Origin: a virus
Lineage: Duplodnaviria; Heunggongvirae; Uroviricota; Caudoviricetes
DNA length: 38,191 bases
Virus record (IMG/VR): IMGVR_UViG_2778261450_000003
Coordinates: 1 to 38,191 of that record
Strand: one strand, 5' to 3'
Part shown: piece after piece, positions 26,057-34,855 of the stretch
Layout of the letters: each line of letters opens with the position of its first letter
Position numbering within the stretch: the first letter of the stretch is position 1
Program-made: the position numbers and the translations under genes
The notes under the pieces: model-generated
What the model saw: the letters and a program-made list of their open reading frames with translations, nothing else
The model's database searches: none
Told to the model about the DNA's origin: nothing

Positions 26057-27016
26057 TTACTCCTTGTCCATTGCGTACAGCCCATTAACCAGAGCAAACT
26101 GTGGCACCCCGTCCGCGATGAAAGTCGCATTAACTCCGCAGGCTTCGCGGATAGCGGGTGCCACAATATCAGCCCCTCCACCGACAACCATCACCCGTCC
26201 GTACCCCGAAAAACCAGCCAGCGCACGGATCACACGTTGTTTCAGTGTTTCTTCCTTTTCATGAATAACCGCCATCAGGTTGGCGTAATGCGCGTCATTG
26301 TGAATGTGCTGGCGCAGCCAGGCTTCATCGTGGCGATGTTCGATAATGGTATTGGCGATGTGGTGACTGGTGCGCATACCGTTAGTGGCCATCACCGACA
26401 GTACAGCATCGGCCATCAGAGAAACGCCTACGTGTGGATCGCAAAACACCTGGCTGATACCTGCCAGTTGTCCCTGAACCTTTGCCACATCCAGCGTGGT
26501 TCCGCCTAAATCAACAATAAGCAGGGATTCAAACGGACTCATGTCAGCCAGCGCCTTAAAGCCTGCCGGAATGGATTCAGGCATAACCCGCACGTTACGG
26601 ATAGTGAATGCTTTGCCGTTCTGGTACTCCACCGGGCGCATGACGTTCGCTTTTTTTCGGTTGATGTTTGCCATGTCCGGCTGTGCGTTTGTGTCGAAAT
26701 ATTCGCTCAGTGGCAGGGTGACAACCACATCCACTTCCTGTGGCGTGATGCCTGATTTGACCAGTGCGTGATGAATGGCAATGACATTCACATCACTGTA
26801 CTGGTATTGCGTGTCGGTCGTCTGGACAAAGCGATCGCTGACCGGATCAAAACCATAGCGCACGCTATCAAGCATGTAGTTCGCGGGCTGCATGCCACCG
26901 AACGGCGCAGACCATTCCGACTTGAAGCTGTTCGGGCTGATGGCGTTGCGGCGTTCGCTGTTCTCAGTCCATGCCAGCTTGATGTTGGTTGAGCCGTCGT
27001 CGATGTAAATTTTCAT
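26057..27016 (-). CDS. parM: ParM/StbA actin-like plasmid segregation ATPase
   Basis: 319-aa ORF with AAGGAA RBS; N-terminus MKIYIDDGSTNIKLAW...ISPNSFK...YQYSDVNVIAIHHAL matches remembered R1 ParM (MLVFIDDGSTNIKLQW...ISPNSFK...WQYSDVNVVAVHHAL). Confidence 0.85.
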   Translation of the reverse strand: MKIYIDDGSTNIKLAWTENSERRNAISPNSFKSEWSAPFGGMQPANYMLDSVRYGFDPVSDRFVQTTDTQYQYSDVNVIAIHHALVKSGITPQEVDVVVTLPLSEYFDTNAQPDMANINRKKANVMRPVEYQNGKAFTIRNVRVMPESIPAGFKALADMSPFESLLIVDLGGTTLDVAKVQGQLAGISQVFCDPHVGVSLMADAVLSVMATNGMRTSHHIANTIIEHRHDEAWLRQHIHNDAHYANLMAVIHEKEETLKQRVIRALAGFSGYGRVMVVGGGADIVAPAIREACGVNATFIADGVPQFALVNGLYAMDKE

Positions 27017-27051
27017 GTCGATTTTCCTTATGTTGATTAATTAATCGTTTA

Positions 27052-27142
27052 CGGGATTCTGAAATCCCGCTTTTGCCTGTTTTGTGCGCGCTTCATATAT
27101 CGCGGCACGTTTTTTGCTCATTTACGGGATTTGTGAATCCCG
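27052..27142. promoter_or_regulatory. two copies of the palindrome CGGGATT-N4-AATCCCG flanking the parM promoter (candidate parC operator/centromere)
   Basis: Copies at 27052-27069 and 27125-27142, each preceded by TTTACG, centres 73 bp apart; the second lies in the 3' end of the replication gene. Confidence 0.4.
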
Positions 27143-29915
27143 TTTCTGTCTGTTTTTTGTTTCCACTGGTCAGGCCACCCCGCAGCAGGTCTGCTTTGCG
27201 GCGGGCGCGTTCAGTGGTTTCACTGATTCTCTGTGCGTGCTCTGCGTCGCGGATGGCGCGCAGCATGTCAGAAAGCACGGTAACGGGTGTTTTCATGGTG
27301 TTCTGGTCCTGCTGAAGTGTGGATGCCAGGCGTGCGGCGGCTTCAGGGTCTGATGCCCCCAGCTGTTCCAGATAGCTGGCGACCGGGTTATGGCGGATCT
27401 CCGTGCTGCTTACGCCGTGATTACGGCTCAGGCGTTGCCAGAGCTGCGTGATTCGGCTGTCCGGGCGGGTATCCGGTTTGCGTACAATTTCAAATCCCTG
27501 CGGTGCAATGATGCTGCCGTCAACGTACAGACTGCCGCCCCGTAACAGGTGCTGCATCTGCTGTTCACCAATATGCAGGCCGAGAGATTCGGCAGACTCC
27601 CGCCATTCTTTAGCGAGTAACTCGTGGTTATCAGGCAAAGGCTGTGGCTGTTTGCGGCTCTGTGTCCAGTTCTGCATTTCATCACTGCTGTTTTTGGCCT
27701 GTTTGTCACGCAGCGAACGCATCAGCGCCCGGCGTTCGTGCCGTTTCAGTGAGCGCATCCATTCATTCACTTCAATGCCGTCAGGAAGCTGCGGCCACGG
27801 TGCTGGCCGTTCTTCCGGCTGTTCTGTCCCGTTGTTGTCCGTTTCCTGTACACGGGGACAGTTATTGCCACGAGTCCAAGGGGCGGCAGGGCCGCCCTGA
27901 AGGTCAAAACCATTTTCGCGGGCGCTGTCTTCCGCTTCCGGTTTACGTCTTACCAGCTTCCAGTTATCCGGATGTGTGCACACACGGGAAGACTCCCCGA
28001 TGAGCGGCGACCAGATCCCGTAAATCTGTACGCTCTGTTCGCCGTAATCGTTCAGCTCATCTGCGAGGTCGTAGGCCGTGCGAATCAGGTAGTCTTTGCG
28101 TGGAACAAGTACGCCGCCCTGTTTCTCTATGTAGGAGGCAAAACACCCGGCATCAGCGGCAGCGAGTACCGCATCCATTGCGTCATTTTCCAGACGTTGT
28201 GGTCCCTGTGGGTTGCGGGCCATCTGACAGGCAAGGCGGCGCAGTTCACGCCACACCTGACGGGAGGGGATGCCAAAGAACTGGAACTGGCGGACCCGGT
28301 GAAGGCGCGCCCAGCCGATGGCGCGCTCCACGCTTTCTGCCATCGTCTTTCCTGATTCGTCGTCGATGCGCGGTTTGCCTGTTTTCGGGTCAATGCCATC
28401 CACGGCGTGGCTGTCCAGGTTCTTTCCGATGTAGGTGGCGATGTAGCTGGTCGGCGTACCTTTCGAACCGTCGACGTACTCTGCCTTAAAGCGCGGAGTT
28501 ATGTCATTACCCAGCTCGTGGCGGTCTTCGCGAATGGCAATATCACGGGTGATGTCCACGATGCTGTCGATTTCTTCAGGATGTGCAAAGACCATCATGT
28601 GCCAGTGCACGGTGCCGTCATGGTGAGGCTCCACCGTGCGAATGCCATACCAGCGCAGACCGTCGCGGTTCAGTTTTTTGCGGACCGCCTTAAAAAACGT
28701 GTTAACCAGGTAATCGCTGGAATCGCGCATGGTGGCCCCGTTCCATTTGGGGTTAGGGTGACCGTTCTCCGTTGTTGCGTGGTACTTCGAAGGGGTGGTG
28801 ACAGTCAGAAACACCGCTCTGTCGCCACGGGCTTCGGCCAGAAGCTCCAGCCCCTTCATGGTGGCCATCATTTCTGCCTTACGGTGAACCGGGTTACTTA
28901 CTCCCGCGTAATACACTGTCTCGAGATCAATCGTGAACCCGTCTTCGTTTTCCAGCATGAAACTTTTCAGGAAATCGCGTGTTTTCTCGCGCTGTGCGCG
29001 AAACTCGCTTAACGCGTTCTGGCTCAGATAGGGCGATGTTTTTCTGGAAACCAGACAGGCGGCGCGGAGTTGTTCTTCTCTCCACTCGCAACGTAACAGC
29101 CACAGTTTGCGTTTCCACCATTCCGCACAGGTCAGGCGAAGGATTGCTCCCGGCAGCAGCTCCGTGTCCGGTTCGTTCCTCCGGTCTTTGTCTGTTGTCA
29201 GTGCTTCATAATGCGGAGGCATGGCGTGCAGGTGTAACGCCATGCGGGCCAGCATCTGATACGCCTTCAGCGTTACATCCATGGTCAGCTCGCCATCAGT
29301 CGCACCAAAGCCATCGCAGAGCTTTTCGAAGGTGCTGCTGAACATCGCCGCCGTCATGGTGGCCAGCGTCTGTATCTGGTGTTTGTTGAGCTGCGGCAGG
29401 TAAAGCAAATCGTCCAGGCGTTCGCGTCCGGCAAGGGAGCGATAACCCGGTGTCAGCCAGCGTCCGTCAGTGCGATCCAGACGTTCGAATATTTTGCGCA
29501 GGGTTCCGCGTGCATAGCGTTCCGCCTGCCAGCTCTTTTTGCCTTTCCGGCGATCGGCTTCCTGTTTTTTGCGCAGGAAGGAGAGGTGGCGAATAAGCGG
29601 ATCGCGCAGATAGGATGGCAGCAGGCGCAGCGAGGCCATGGCTTCATCCACCGCGCCGCGTGCCTGTTTTCTGGCTTCTCTGGCCAGTGTGATGGTTTTG
29701 TCCTGTTTTTCCTGTGCGTCCAGGCTTTTATTAATCAGGTTGCCCAGCGGTGTGGCGGAGAACGCCGCATCAGCTATTTCCTGGCGGCGCTCGTTCTCTT
29801 CCCGGTAGGCATCCAGCCAGGAGGAAAGCGCGGATTCAGGAGCGGGGATCCCCGTTCCTTCACGCCCCACTGCGTGGCGCGGTTGTTGCCAGTCCCTGAT
29901 GTACTCTGCCGTCAT
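27093..29915 (-). CDS. replication initiation endonuclease, P2 gpA-like
   Basis: 940-aa ORF, the largest early gene; contains HHDGTVHWHMMVF, resembling HUH rolling-circle endonuclease metal-binding motifs; position upstream of the late region as in P2. Confidence 0.75.
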   Translation of the reverse strand: MTAEYIRDWQQPRHAVGREGTGIPAPESALSSWLDAYREENERRQEIADAAFSATPLGNLINKSLDAQEKQDKTITLAREARKQARGAVDEAMASLRLLPSYLRDPLIRHLSFLRKKQEADRRKGKKSWQAERYARGTLRKIFERLDRTDGRWLTPGYRSLAGRERLDDLLYLPQLNKHQIQTLATMTAAMFSSTFEKLCDGFGATDGELTMDVTLKAYQMLARMALHLHAMPPHYEALTTDKDRRNEPDTELLPGAILRLTCAEWWKRKLWLLRCEWREEQLRAACLVSRKTSPYLSQNALSEFRAQREKTRDFLKSFMLENEDGFTIDLETVYYAGVSNPVHRKAEMMATMKGLELLAEARGDRAVFLTVTTPSKYHATTENGHPNPKWNGATMRDSSDYLVNTFFKAVRKKLNRDGLRWYGIRTVEPHHDGTVHWHMMVFAHPEEIDSIVDITRDIAIREDRHELGNDITPRFKAEYVDGSKGTPTSYIATYIGKNLDSHAVDGIDPKTGKPRIDDESGKTMAESVERAIGWARLHRVRQFQFFGIPSRQVWRELRRLACQMARNPQGPQRLENDAMDAVLAAADAGCFASYIEKQGGVLVPRKDYLIRTAYDLADELNDYGEQSVQIYGIWSPLIGESSRVCTHPDNWKLVRRKPEAEDSARENGFDLQGGPAAPWTRGNNCPRVQETDNNGTEQPEERPAPWPQLPDGIEVNEWMRSLKRHERRALMRSLRDKQAKNSSDEMQNWTQSRKQPQPLPDNHELLAKEWRESAESLGLHIGEQQMQHLLRGGSLYVDGSIIAPQGFEIVRKPDTRPDSRITQLWQRLSRNHGVSSTEIRHNPVASYLEQLGASDPEAAARLASTLQQDQNTMKTPVTVLSDMLRAIRDAEHAQRISETTERARRKADLLRGGLTSGNKKQTETGFTNPVNEQKTCRDI

Positions 29916-29921
29916 AGTGAT

Positions 29922-30287
29922 TTACTTCGTCATGCCATTCAGGGTGTCGCGGCAGACGGCAGCCAGCCGCTGAATCTCCAGCGCAGTGTCTTCTGTGTCG
30001 GCATGGTGGTGTGTGATGCGGATGCTGTCGGCAATCACATCGACGATCGCAGAGGATGGGCGCTGGTAAATGCCAATAACGGACGGGGTGCCACCTTCAA
30101 TGCGGTAAAGCCTGTAATTTCCCTCGTGGCTGTCAATCATGTAGCGACCATCAATAACAATCTTTCCGTCAGCGAGCTGCGGTACAGGCAGGGATTTCAG
30201 GTACATGTCATAACGTTCACGCACGCGAACGGCAAGATCACGCTCTGTGTTGAGCAGGTATTCAAGAAAGTCGTTGGCGAGAATCAT
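29922..30287 (-). CDS. hypothetical early protein
   Basis: 121-aa ORF with AAGAGGA RBS immediately upstream of the replication gene. Confidence 0.45.
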   Translation of the reverse strand: MILANDFLEYLLNTERDLAVRVRERYDMYLKSLPVPQLADGKIVIDGRYMIDSHEGNYRLYRIEGGTPSVIGIYQRPSSAIVDVIADSIRITHHHADTEDTALEIQRLAAVCRDTLNGMTK

Positions 30288-30359
30288 TGCGGCAATCCTC
30301 TTGTTACAGATGTGCGAAGGCCTCCCGCCGCAAGGTGCAGGAAAGGCCCGGAACAGGAA

Positions 30360-30590
30360 TTAATGGAGTTTGTTTTGCTGCTGGATGAGATCCTGAAGAG
30401 ACAGGAGGTCTTCCGCCAGATAGCTGAATACAGCGGCGCAGTAGTCGGCTGAAATAGTACTGTTGAGCCTGTGCAATGCGTTGGATTGCATGATAAAGGC
30501 GATGTGTGCAGCGCGGGTGAGTCTGCGGTCGATTTCAGTCTGGATGTGGCGACGCTCCGCGATAGCGCGGTGCTGTTTGCGGTTTGCCAT
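30360..30590 (-). CDS. hypothetical small early protein
   Basis: 76-aa ORF with AGAGG RBS. Confidence 0.4.
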   Translation of the reverse strand: MANRKQHRAIAERRHIQTEIDRRLTRAAHIAFIMQSNALHRLNSTISADYCAAVFSYLAEDLLSLQDLIQQQNKLH

Positions 30591-30957
30591 GATATGTGGC
30601 CTCTTGTAGTAAGTTGTGAAAACTCACCATCCAGAGCTGCGAAACTGTGGGTGGCGAGACGTACGAGGTTCGCAGTACCGGCTACAAGAGATCCCGGCCC
30701 GACCGAAGTCGGCCCCGTACGCCCCGCCATAATTCTGACGCGAAAAAAACGTGGCAATACAGTACACACAAAAAAACCGCTGGCGCGGTTGTGCGCTCTT
30801 GTAGTCAGCAGGCTGCGAAACCCGGCACCCGTTTTATGAGGTGCAGCGAAAATGTAACCTGACTGATTGCGGCATGGCAAGCGGTTTTTTTGTGAGAACG
30901 GCATACTAAAAAATCCTGATACTGCTCCGGCCAGCGGTTTGCACTGGCCGGGTGTCA

Positions 30958-31788
30958 TTACTTCACGGGAACGAACGGAACAGCGGTGTTACTGGTCATG
31001 TATTGCGGCAGCGTGCCGTTCCATTTGTTGATCGCTTCCAGCTCCATAACGCCGGGATTCTGGCGCAGAGCTTCGCCGCGTAAACGAATGGCGTCGGCTT
31101 CAGCCTGGGCTTTTGTGCGAATGGCATCGGCCTGTCCGGCAGCTTCTGCGCGCAACATGTTGGCTTCTGCTTCGCGTTGCTTGACTTCCTGTTCGCGTTG
31201 CAGGGTTTTCTGGTTTGCCGTGACTTTGGCGTTAATGCTGTCGATAACGGTTGGCGGATATTCCGGTTTACCGACATAAGAGAGGCTCATGACCTGAATA
31301 CCGATGGGGGTCATCTCTTCCTGAATATCTTTAAGTGCTGAATCCAGCAGTTCAGACTTACCACCGTCGATAAACTTATCGGTGGTCATTTTGCTGGCCA
31401 GTCGGTTGAGTGCATCGGCGATCTTCTGGCGCAGGTCAGTGTCGGTAATGTCGTCCACGCCTTTGCGGTAGGTCTGAAACACCGTGGTAACTTTGGATGG
31501 ATCAACTTTGTAGGCCACGCCGATGTGATAGCCGATGGTTGTGCCGTCACTCATCTGGAAGTTGAACGGCTCATCGTAAGTCTTCATTTGTTTGAAGGTC
31601 GGGAAGATGTAAACCTCTGTATTCCAGCCTGTCCAGTAGCGGCCAACGCCAACCACTTCACCGACGCCTTTGTCGTCGCCCAGTTTGTTGACTTTGATGC
31701 CCACATTACCTGGCTCAACGCGATCGCAACCAACCAGCAGGATGGCGGCAAAAAGCGGGAGAATCTGAAAGAGTTTGAATTTCTTCAT
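30958..31788 (-). CDS. SPFH/band-7 (stomatin-prohibitin-like) lipoprotein
   Basis: 276-aa ORF; N-terminal signal with lipobox LLVGC; central SPFH-like region and Ala/Glu/Arg-rich coiled-coil C-terminus typical of band-7 proteins. Confidence 0.7.
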   Translation of the reverse strand: MKKFKLFQILPLFAAILLVGCDRVEPGNVGIKVNKLGDDKGVGEVVGVGRYWTGWNTEVYIFPTFKQMKTYDEPFNFQMSDGTTIGYHIGVAYKVDPSKVTTVFQTYRKGVDDITDTDLRQKIADALNRLASKMTTDKFIDGGKSELLDSALKDIQEEMTPIGIQVMSLSYVGKPEYPPTVIDSINAKVTANQKTLQREQEVKQREAEANMLRAEAAGQADAIRTKAQAEADAIRLRGEALRQNPGVMELEAINKWNGTLPQYMTSNTAVPFVPVK

Positions 31789-31988
31789 TGTTTGATTTCC
31801 TTGATGTACTTACTGAAAAGGCGAACAACGCCTGCCGGGTACAGCATGGCAATGAAAATTCCCAGCAATACCAGGAAGGAGCTGTCTGATGAAATCATTC
31901 GGGGGAGTAGTCCTGCATACAGAATGAGAGAGACGAGGACGCATACCAGCGCCCACATGTATGCGCGAAACCAGGTCTTTTTGTTCAT
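31785..31988 (-). CDS. small two-helix membrane protein coupled to the SPFH gene
   Basis: 67-aa ORF with two hydrophobic segments; its stop overlaps the SPFH ATG (ATGA). Confidence 0.5.
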   Translation of the reverse strand: MNKKTWFRAYMWALVCVLVSLILYAGLLPRMISSDSSFLVLLGIFIAMLYPAGVVRLFSKYIKEIKQ

Positions 31989-31999
31989 ATCGCGGTCCT

Positions 32000-32299
32000 T
32001 TACTGGTTAAGGAAAAAATCGAAAACGTTGTCGATGCGTTGCAGCAGCTCCTGCTGCATTGCTTCCGGCGTTTCTGATTCACCTGGTGACTCCAGCGTCG
32101 CGCAAAAATCCTTGATTTCATGATGGAGTGTCAGACGAATGGCAGGAGCCATGGTTCTGGCGTGCTCCAGCTCATCCAGCAGTGCCAGCACGGCAGATGG
32201 CGAGAGCATTGCGCGAAACGCCAGTAATTTTTGATGCGTTGCCATTCGTTGCAGGTCAGTCGCCAGTTCGCGTAGTTCCTGGTGGTTGATGGTGCTCAT
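32000..32299 (-). CDS. hypothetical early protein
   Basis: 99-aa ORF in the early operon; no family recognised. Confidence 0.4.
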   Translation of the reverse strand: MSTINHQELRELATDLQRMATHQKLLAFRAMLSPSAVLALLDELEHARTMAPAIRLTLHHEIKDFCATLESPGESETPEAMQQELLQRIDNVFDFFLNQ

Positions 32300-32541
32300 G
32301 CTCTGGCTTCCTTCAGTAGCTGGTTAAACAAGTGAGTAAGCGGGTTGCCACACCCGAACTGCATCGGGTTTACCTGGTAAGAAAAGCGACCACCTGTTTT
32401 GCGCTCTTTTCTTATGACTGAACCGCTGCGCCAGAGTCGGCGTAACTCCGCATTAATGGCTGTGGTTGGGGTATTCAGTGCTGCGGCGATTTCTCCACCG
32501 CTACAACCCGGATTGGCGGCGATGTAGTCCAGAATGGTCAT
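32296..32541 (-). CDS. small winged-helix-like DNA-binding protein (putative)
   Basis: 81-aa ORF; GCSGGEIAAALNTPTTAINAELRRLWRSGSV resembles an HTH/winged-helix recognition unit; overlaps neighbours by 4 nt. Confidence 0.4.
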   Translation of the reverse strand: MTILDYIAANPGCSGGEIAAALNTPTTAINAELRRLWRSGSVIRKERKTGGRFSYQVNPMQFGCGNPLTHLFNQLLKEARA

Positions 32542-32741
32542 CTGCGTGACTCCTGTACCAGTCTGATAAGATTCACCTGCACCACGTTGGTGGCGCAGAA
32601 GTAAGTGTCGTCAGTGAGATAAATGTGATGCGCGTCAGGTTGCGAACGGTGACGGTCGATCGTTTTAATCAGCCGTTCGTCAACTTCGTATTCACGCCCT
32701 CTGGAGGTGAAACGAATGACGGAAAAACGCTTAATTGCCAT
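32538..32741 (-). CDS. hypothetical small protein
   Basis: 67-aa ORF overlapping the downstream gene by 4 nt. Confidence 0.35.
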   Translation of the reverse strand: MAIKRFSVIRFTSRGREYEVDERLIKTIDRHRSQPDAHHIYLTDDTYFCATNVVQVNLIRLVQESRR

Positions 32742-32764
32742 TGCGCCCCCTTTGTCCAGTAACC

Positions 32765-33175
32765 CTATGCGTTAAATACGGTGTGTTGGGCGTCATCAAT
32801 GAATGCAACTTGAGAGCGCTCTATCAGGCGGAGATTTGTCAGAATCTCTGATTCCCTTATGGGGTGAGGAGTGATCAGGTATTTATCCTGTAATCCGGCG
32901 ATAATGGTGTATCGCTGTAGCTCCGAGCCAATTGTGTAAATAAGGCGTCCGGTGTTAGACAAATCCAGTCCGGTGACTGGTTGTGTTCTGAGAACCGCCA
33001 GTTCAGCATCCTGTTTTGCGATAATTTCGGCTGCTTCTGCCGTGACTCTTGCGACTATCAGTGTGTGGGTTGCGACGTCCATATGTGCATTTGCCACGGC
33101 TTTTTTCGCTACTTCGTTTTCTGTCTTTGAAATTTCTTTCAGTGCTCTGATGATACCTTCTTCTTTTGCGTGCAT
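32765..33175 (-). CDS. hypothetical early protein
   Basis: 136-aa ORF; no family recognised. Confidence 0.4.
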   Translation of the reverse strand: MHAKEEGIIRALKEISKTENEVAKKAVANAHMDVATHTLIVARVTAEAAEIIAKQDAELAVLRTQPVTGLDLSNTGRLIYTIGSELQRYTIIAGLQDKYLITPHPIRESEILTNLRLIERSQVAFIDDAQHTVFNA

Positions 33176-33268
33176 TTTTGTATCTCCGTTATTTGCGTGT
33201 GCGAATACCCCCGTTAATACGGATGGTTTTCACGTTTTCTTATTTAATTTGATGTTTTATTTGTATCG

Positions 33269-33382
33269 TTATTCACCAGTGAAAAAGCGTTCAATCTTTT
33301 TTACTGAATGAATAATTCGCATAATCCCAATGGCGCAGGCCACCGAAATAATCAGAACAAGCCATGAGATAAATATACTCAT
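33269..33382 (-). CDS. small hydrophobic peptide (37 aa, single predicted TM)
   Basis: ORF MSIFISWLVLIISVACAIGIMRIIHSVKKIERFFTGE; ATG overlaps the stop of the 80-aa gene (ATGA); below the ORF-track cutoff. Confidence 0.3.
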   Translation of the reverse strand: MSIFISWLVLIISVACAIGIMRIIHSVKKIERFFTGE

Positions 33383-33621
33383 GCAATATTCCCCAGCTTA
33401 TACGGTTCAATATGTTCCCCGCATTCTGCGGCACAGATCAGCTCGGAAAGTTCGTTAAGTGCATCCAGATCATCAGCGTAAAAAGCCACGTCATACAGAC
33501 TCCGGATTGCCCTGGTCAATGAGTCACGGGCTGCACGTTCAGCATGAGCGCCTGATGCACTTAAGCGAAAATAAAAACGCTCAAGTGCTTTATTAATGAG
33601 AGTTTTATATTCTTTGCCCAT
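33379..33621 (-). CDS. hypothetical small protein
   Basis: 80-aa ORF in the early operon. Confidence 0.4.
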   Translation of the reverse strand: MGKEYKTLINKALERFYFRLSASGAHAERAARDSLTRAIRSLYDVAFYADDLDALNELSELICAAECGEHIEPYKLGNIA

Positions 33622-33632
33622 CGCAACGCCCT

Positions 33633-33911
33633 TTAATCTGCTTTCTGAATTTCAGCTTCTGAATCCATACAAATAATTTCGATATAGGGTTCATCGCCAT
33701 TAACCTGACGTGCCTTTTCAGCTTCGCTAATGATTTCTCGTACGGTCTGGTACGGAAGCTCCACAGTCAGGCGCGTACCGTTCAGATAAACGTAAGTAGC
33801 TGCGTTTTTTTCGGATGGAACAACTCCGTCAATGGCTGATGCGCGTAATAACAGTTCACCGCGAAAATCAATAAAACGGATAAATACACCTTGTGCATGC
33901 TCTTTGGTCAT
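33633..33911 (-). CDS. hypothetical small protein
   Basis: 92 aa from the internal ATG at 33911 with AGGTG RBS (the track's ORF starts upstream on TTG). Confidence 0.4.
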   Translation of the reverse strand: MTKEHAQGVFIRFIDFRGELLLRASAIDGVVPSEKNAATYVYLNGTRLTVELPYQTVREIISEAEKARQVNGDEPYIEIICMDSEAEIQKAD

Positions 33912-33921
33912 AAAGCACCTG

Positions 33922-34272
33922 TTATAAATCAGCCTGTTTAATAAAACTTTGCCCGCGAAGCAGACGATCAACCGTGCGAAGTGCTTCGTATAATGTGAAA
34001 TCCTGCCCGAACTGATTGTCGCCGTTGCTCAGTGCAAAAATGCGGTTTCCGGTAAATGGGTTGCGCTGGCATCTGTGGACCACGATTCCAGCCTTCTCAA
34101 TCAGCCAGGTGTGCTCGCCGATTTGTTTTACAGCGTGGCCATCCGGTGTTGCGTGTGTTTCGCTCAGGCTATAGCGAGAGCTGCTGCGTGATGCACTGGT
34201 GGCGAAACGGTTAGCATGACGTTCCGCCCCGTTGCGGAATCGCTGCCGTGAAGAATTACGTCGTTGCTTCAT
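33922..34272 (-). CDS. hypothetical basic protein
   Basis: 116 aa from the internal ATG at 34272; the start is uncertain. Confidence 0.35.
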   Translation of the reverse strand: MKQRRNSSRQRFRNGAERHANRFATSASRSSSRYSLSETHATPDGHAVKQIGEHTWLIEKAGIVVHRCQRNPFTGNRIFALSNGDNQFGQDFTLYEALRTVDRLLRGQSFIKQADL

Positions 34273-34414
34273 ACAAAAAATATCCTGCTGCTGTTGCGAA
34301 TTTGTGCCGGGTTTTAGCCATGCCCGGCGCATGGTTTTGTGGTATTTTTCCACCGCCCGCAGTCTTGAAGGGGCTGTAAAGGGCGCGTGTTCAACCAACC
34401 ACAAAGGAATAAAT

Positions 34415-34597
34415 ATGTCCTATGATAAAAAGGTTACTGATGCGCTAAATGCGGCAATTTCTGTGTTAGGGGAAGCGCCGATCAATCCTCCGAATAAAGG
34501 GGAGCCATCAAAAACCATTCGTCAGCTCGCGAATGACTTGCGTACTCTTGCGTTAAGAAAATATCCTCAGGCAAGTACATGGATTCTTCCTGAGTGA
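34415..34597 (+). CDS. hypothetical small protein on the opposite strand inside the early operon
   Basis: 60 aa from the ATG at 34415 with AGGA RBS; AT-rich; convergent with the 85-aa gene with abutting stops. Confidence 0.35.
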   Translation: MSYDKKVTDALNAAISVLGEAPINPPNKGEPSKTIRQLANDLRTLALRKYPQASTWILPE

Positions 34598-34855
34598 TTA
34601 TTTAACTCCAGTGCCGGAGATTTTCTCTGGCACATTTCCGACCTCAATAACCATGTTGTCACTGCTTAAAATTTGTCGATAAAGTTCAAAGACTTCTTTG
34701 ACGGGGAAACGGAGCGCAACGCCGTATATTGGTTCTAAAATCATTCCAATAGTTTCTTTGATGCCATCTCGACAAAAATGGCCGTATTCATCGTCAGGAT
34801 GCCGAGTGATATCTTTCAAATCTTCGCCATTCTGAAGCTTTGATTTTAATGCCAT
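34598..34855 (-). CDS. hypothetical small protein (AT-rich)
   Basis: 85-aa ORF; its ATG overlaps the stop of an upstream 51-aa ORF. Confidence 0.45.
   Translation of the reverse strand: MALKSKLQNGEDLKDITRHPDDEYGHFCRDGIKETIGMILEPIYGVALRFPVKEVFELYRQILSSDNMVIEVGNVPEKISGTGVK

Noticed and set aside
30284-30958. 224-aa ORF on the - strand spanning the SPFH-downstream intergenic region
   Set aside because: Overlaps the well-supported 76-aa gene in another frame, has a low-complexity Ser/Thr/Ala/Gly-rich translation and no RBS; treated as a chance ORF across a structured non-coding region.
34232-34597. 121-aa + strand ORF extending upstream of the 60-aa gene
   Set aside because: The N-terminal part runs through a terminator hairpin and has implausible composition (CCCC run); only the distal 60 codons have an RBS.
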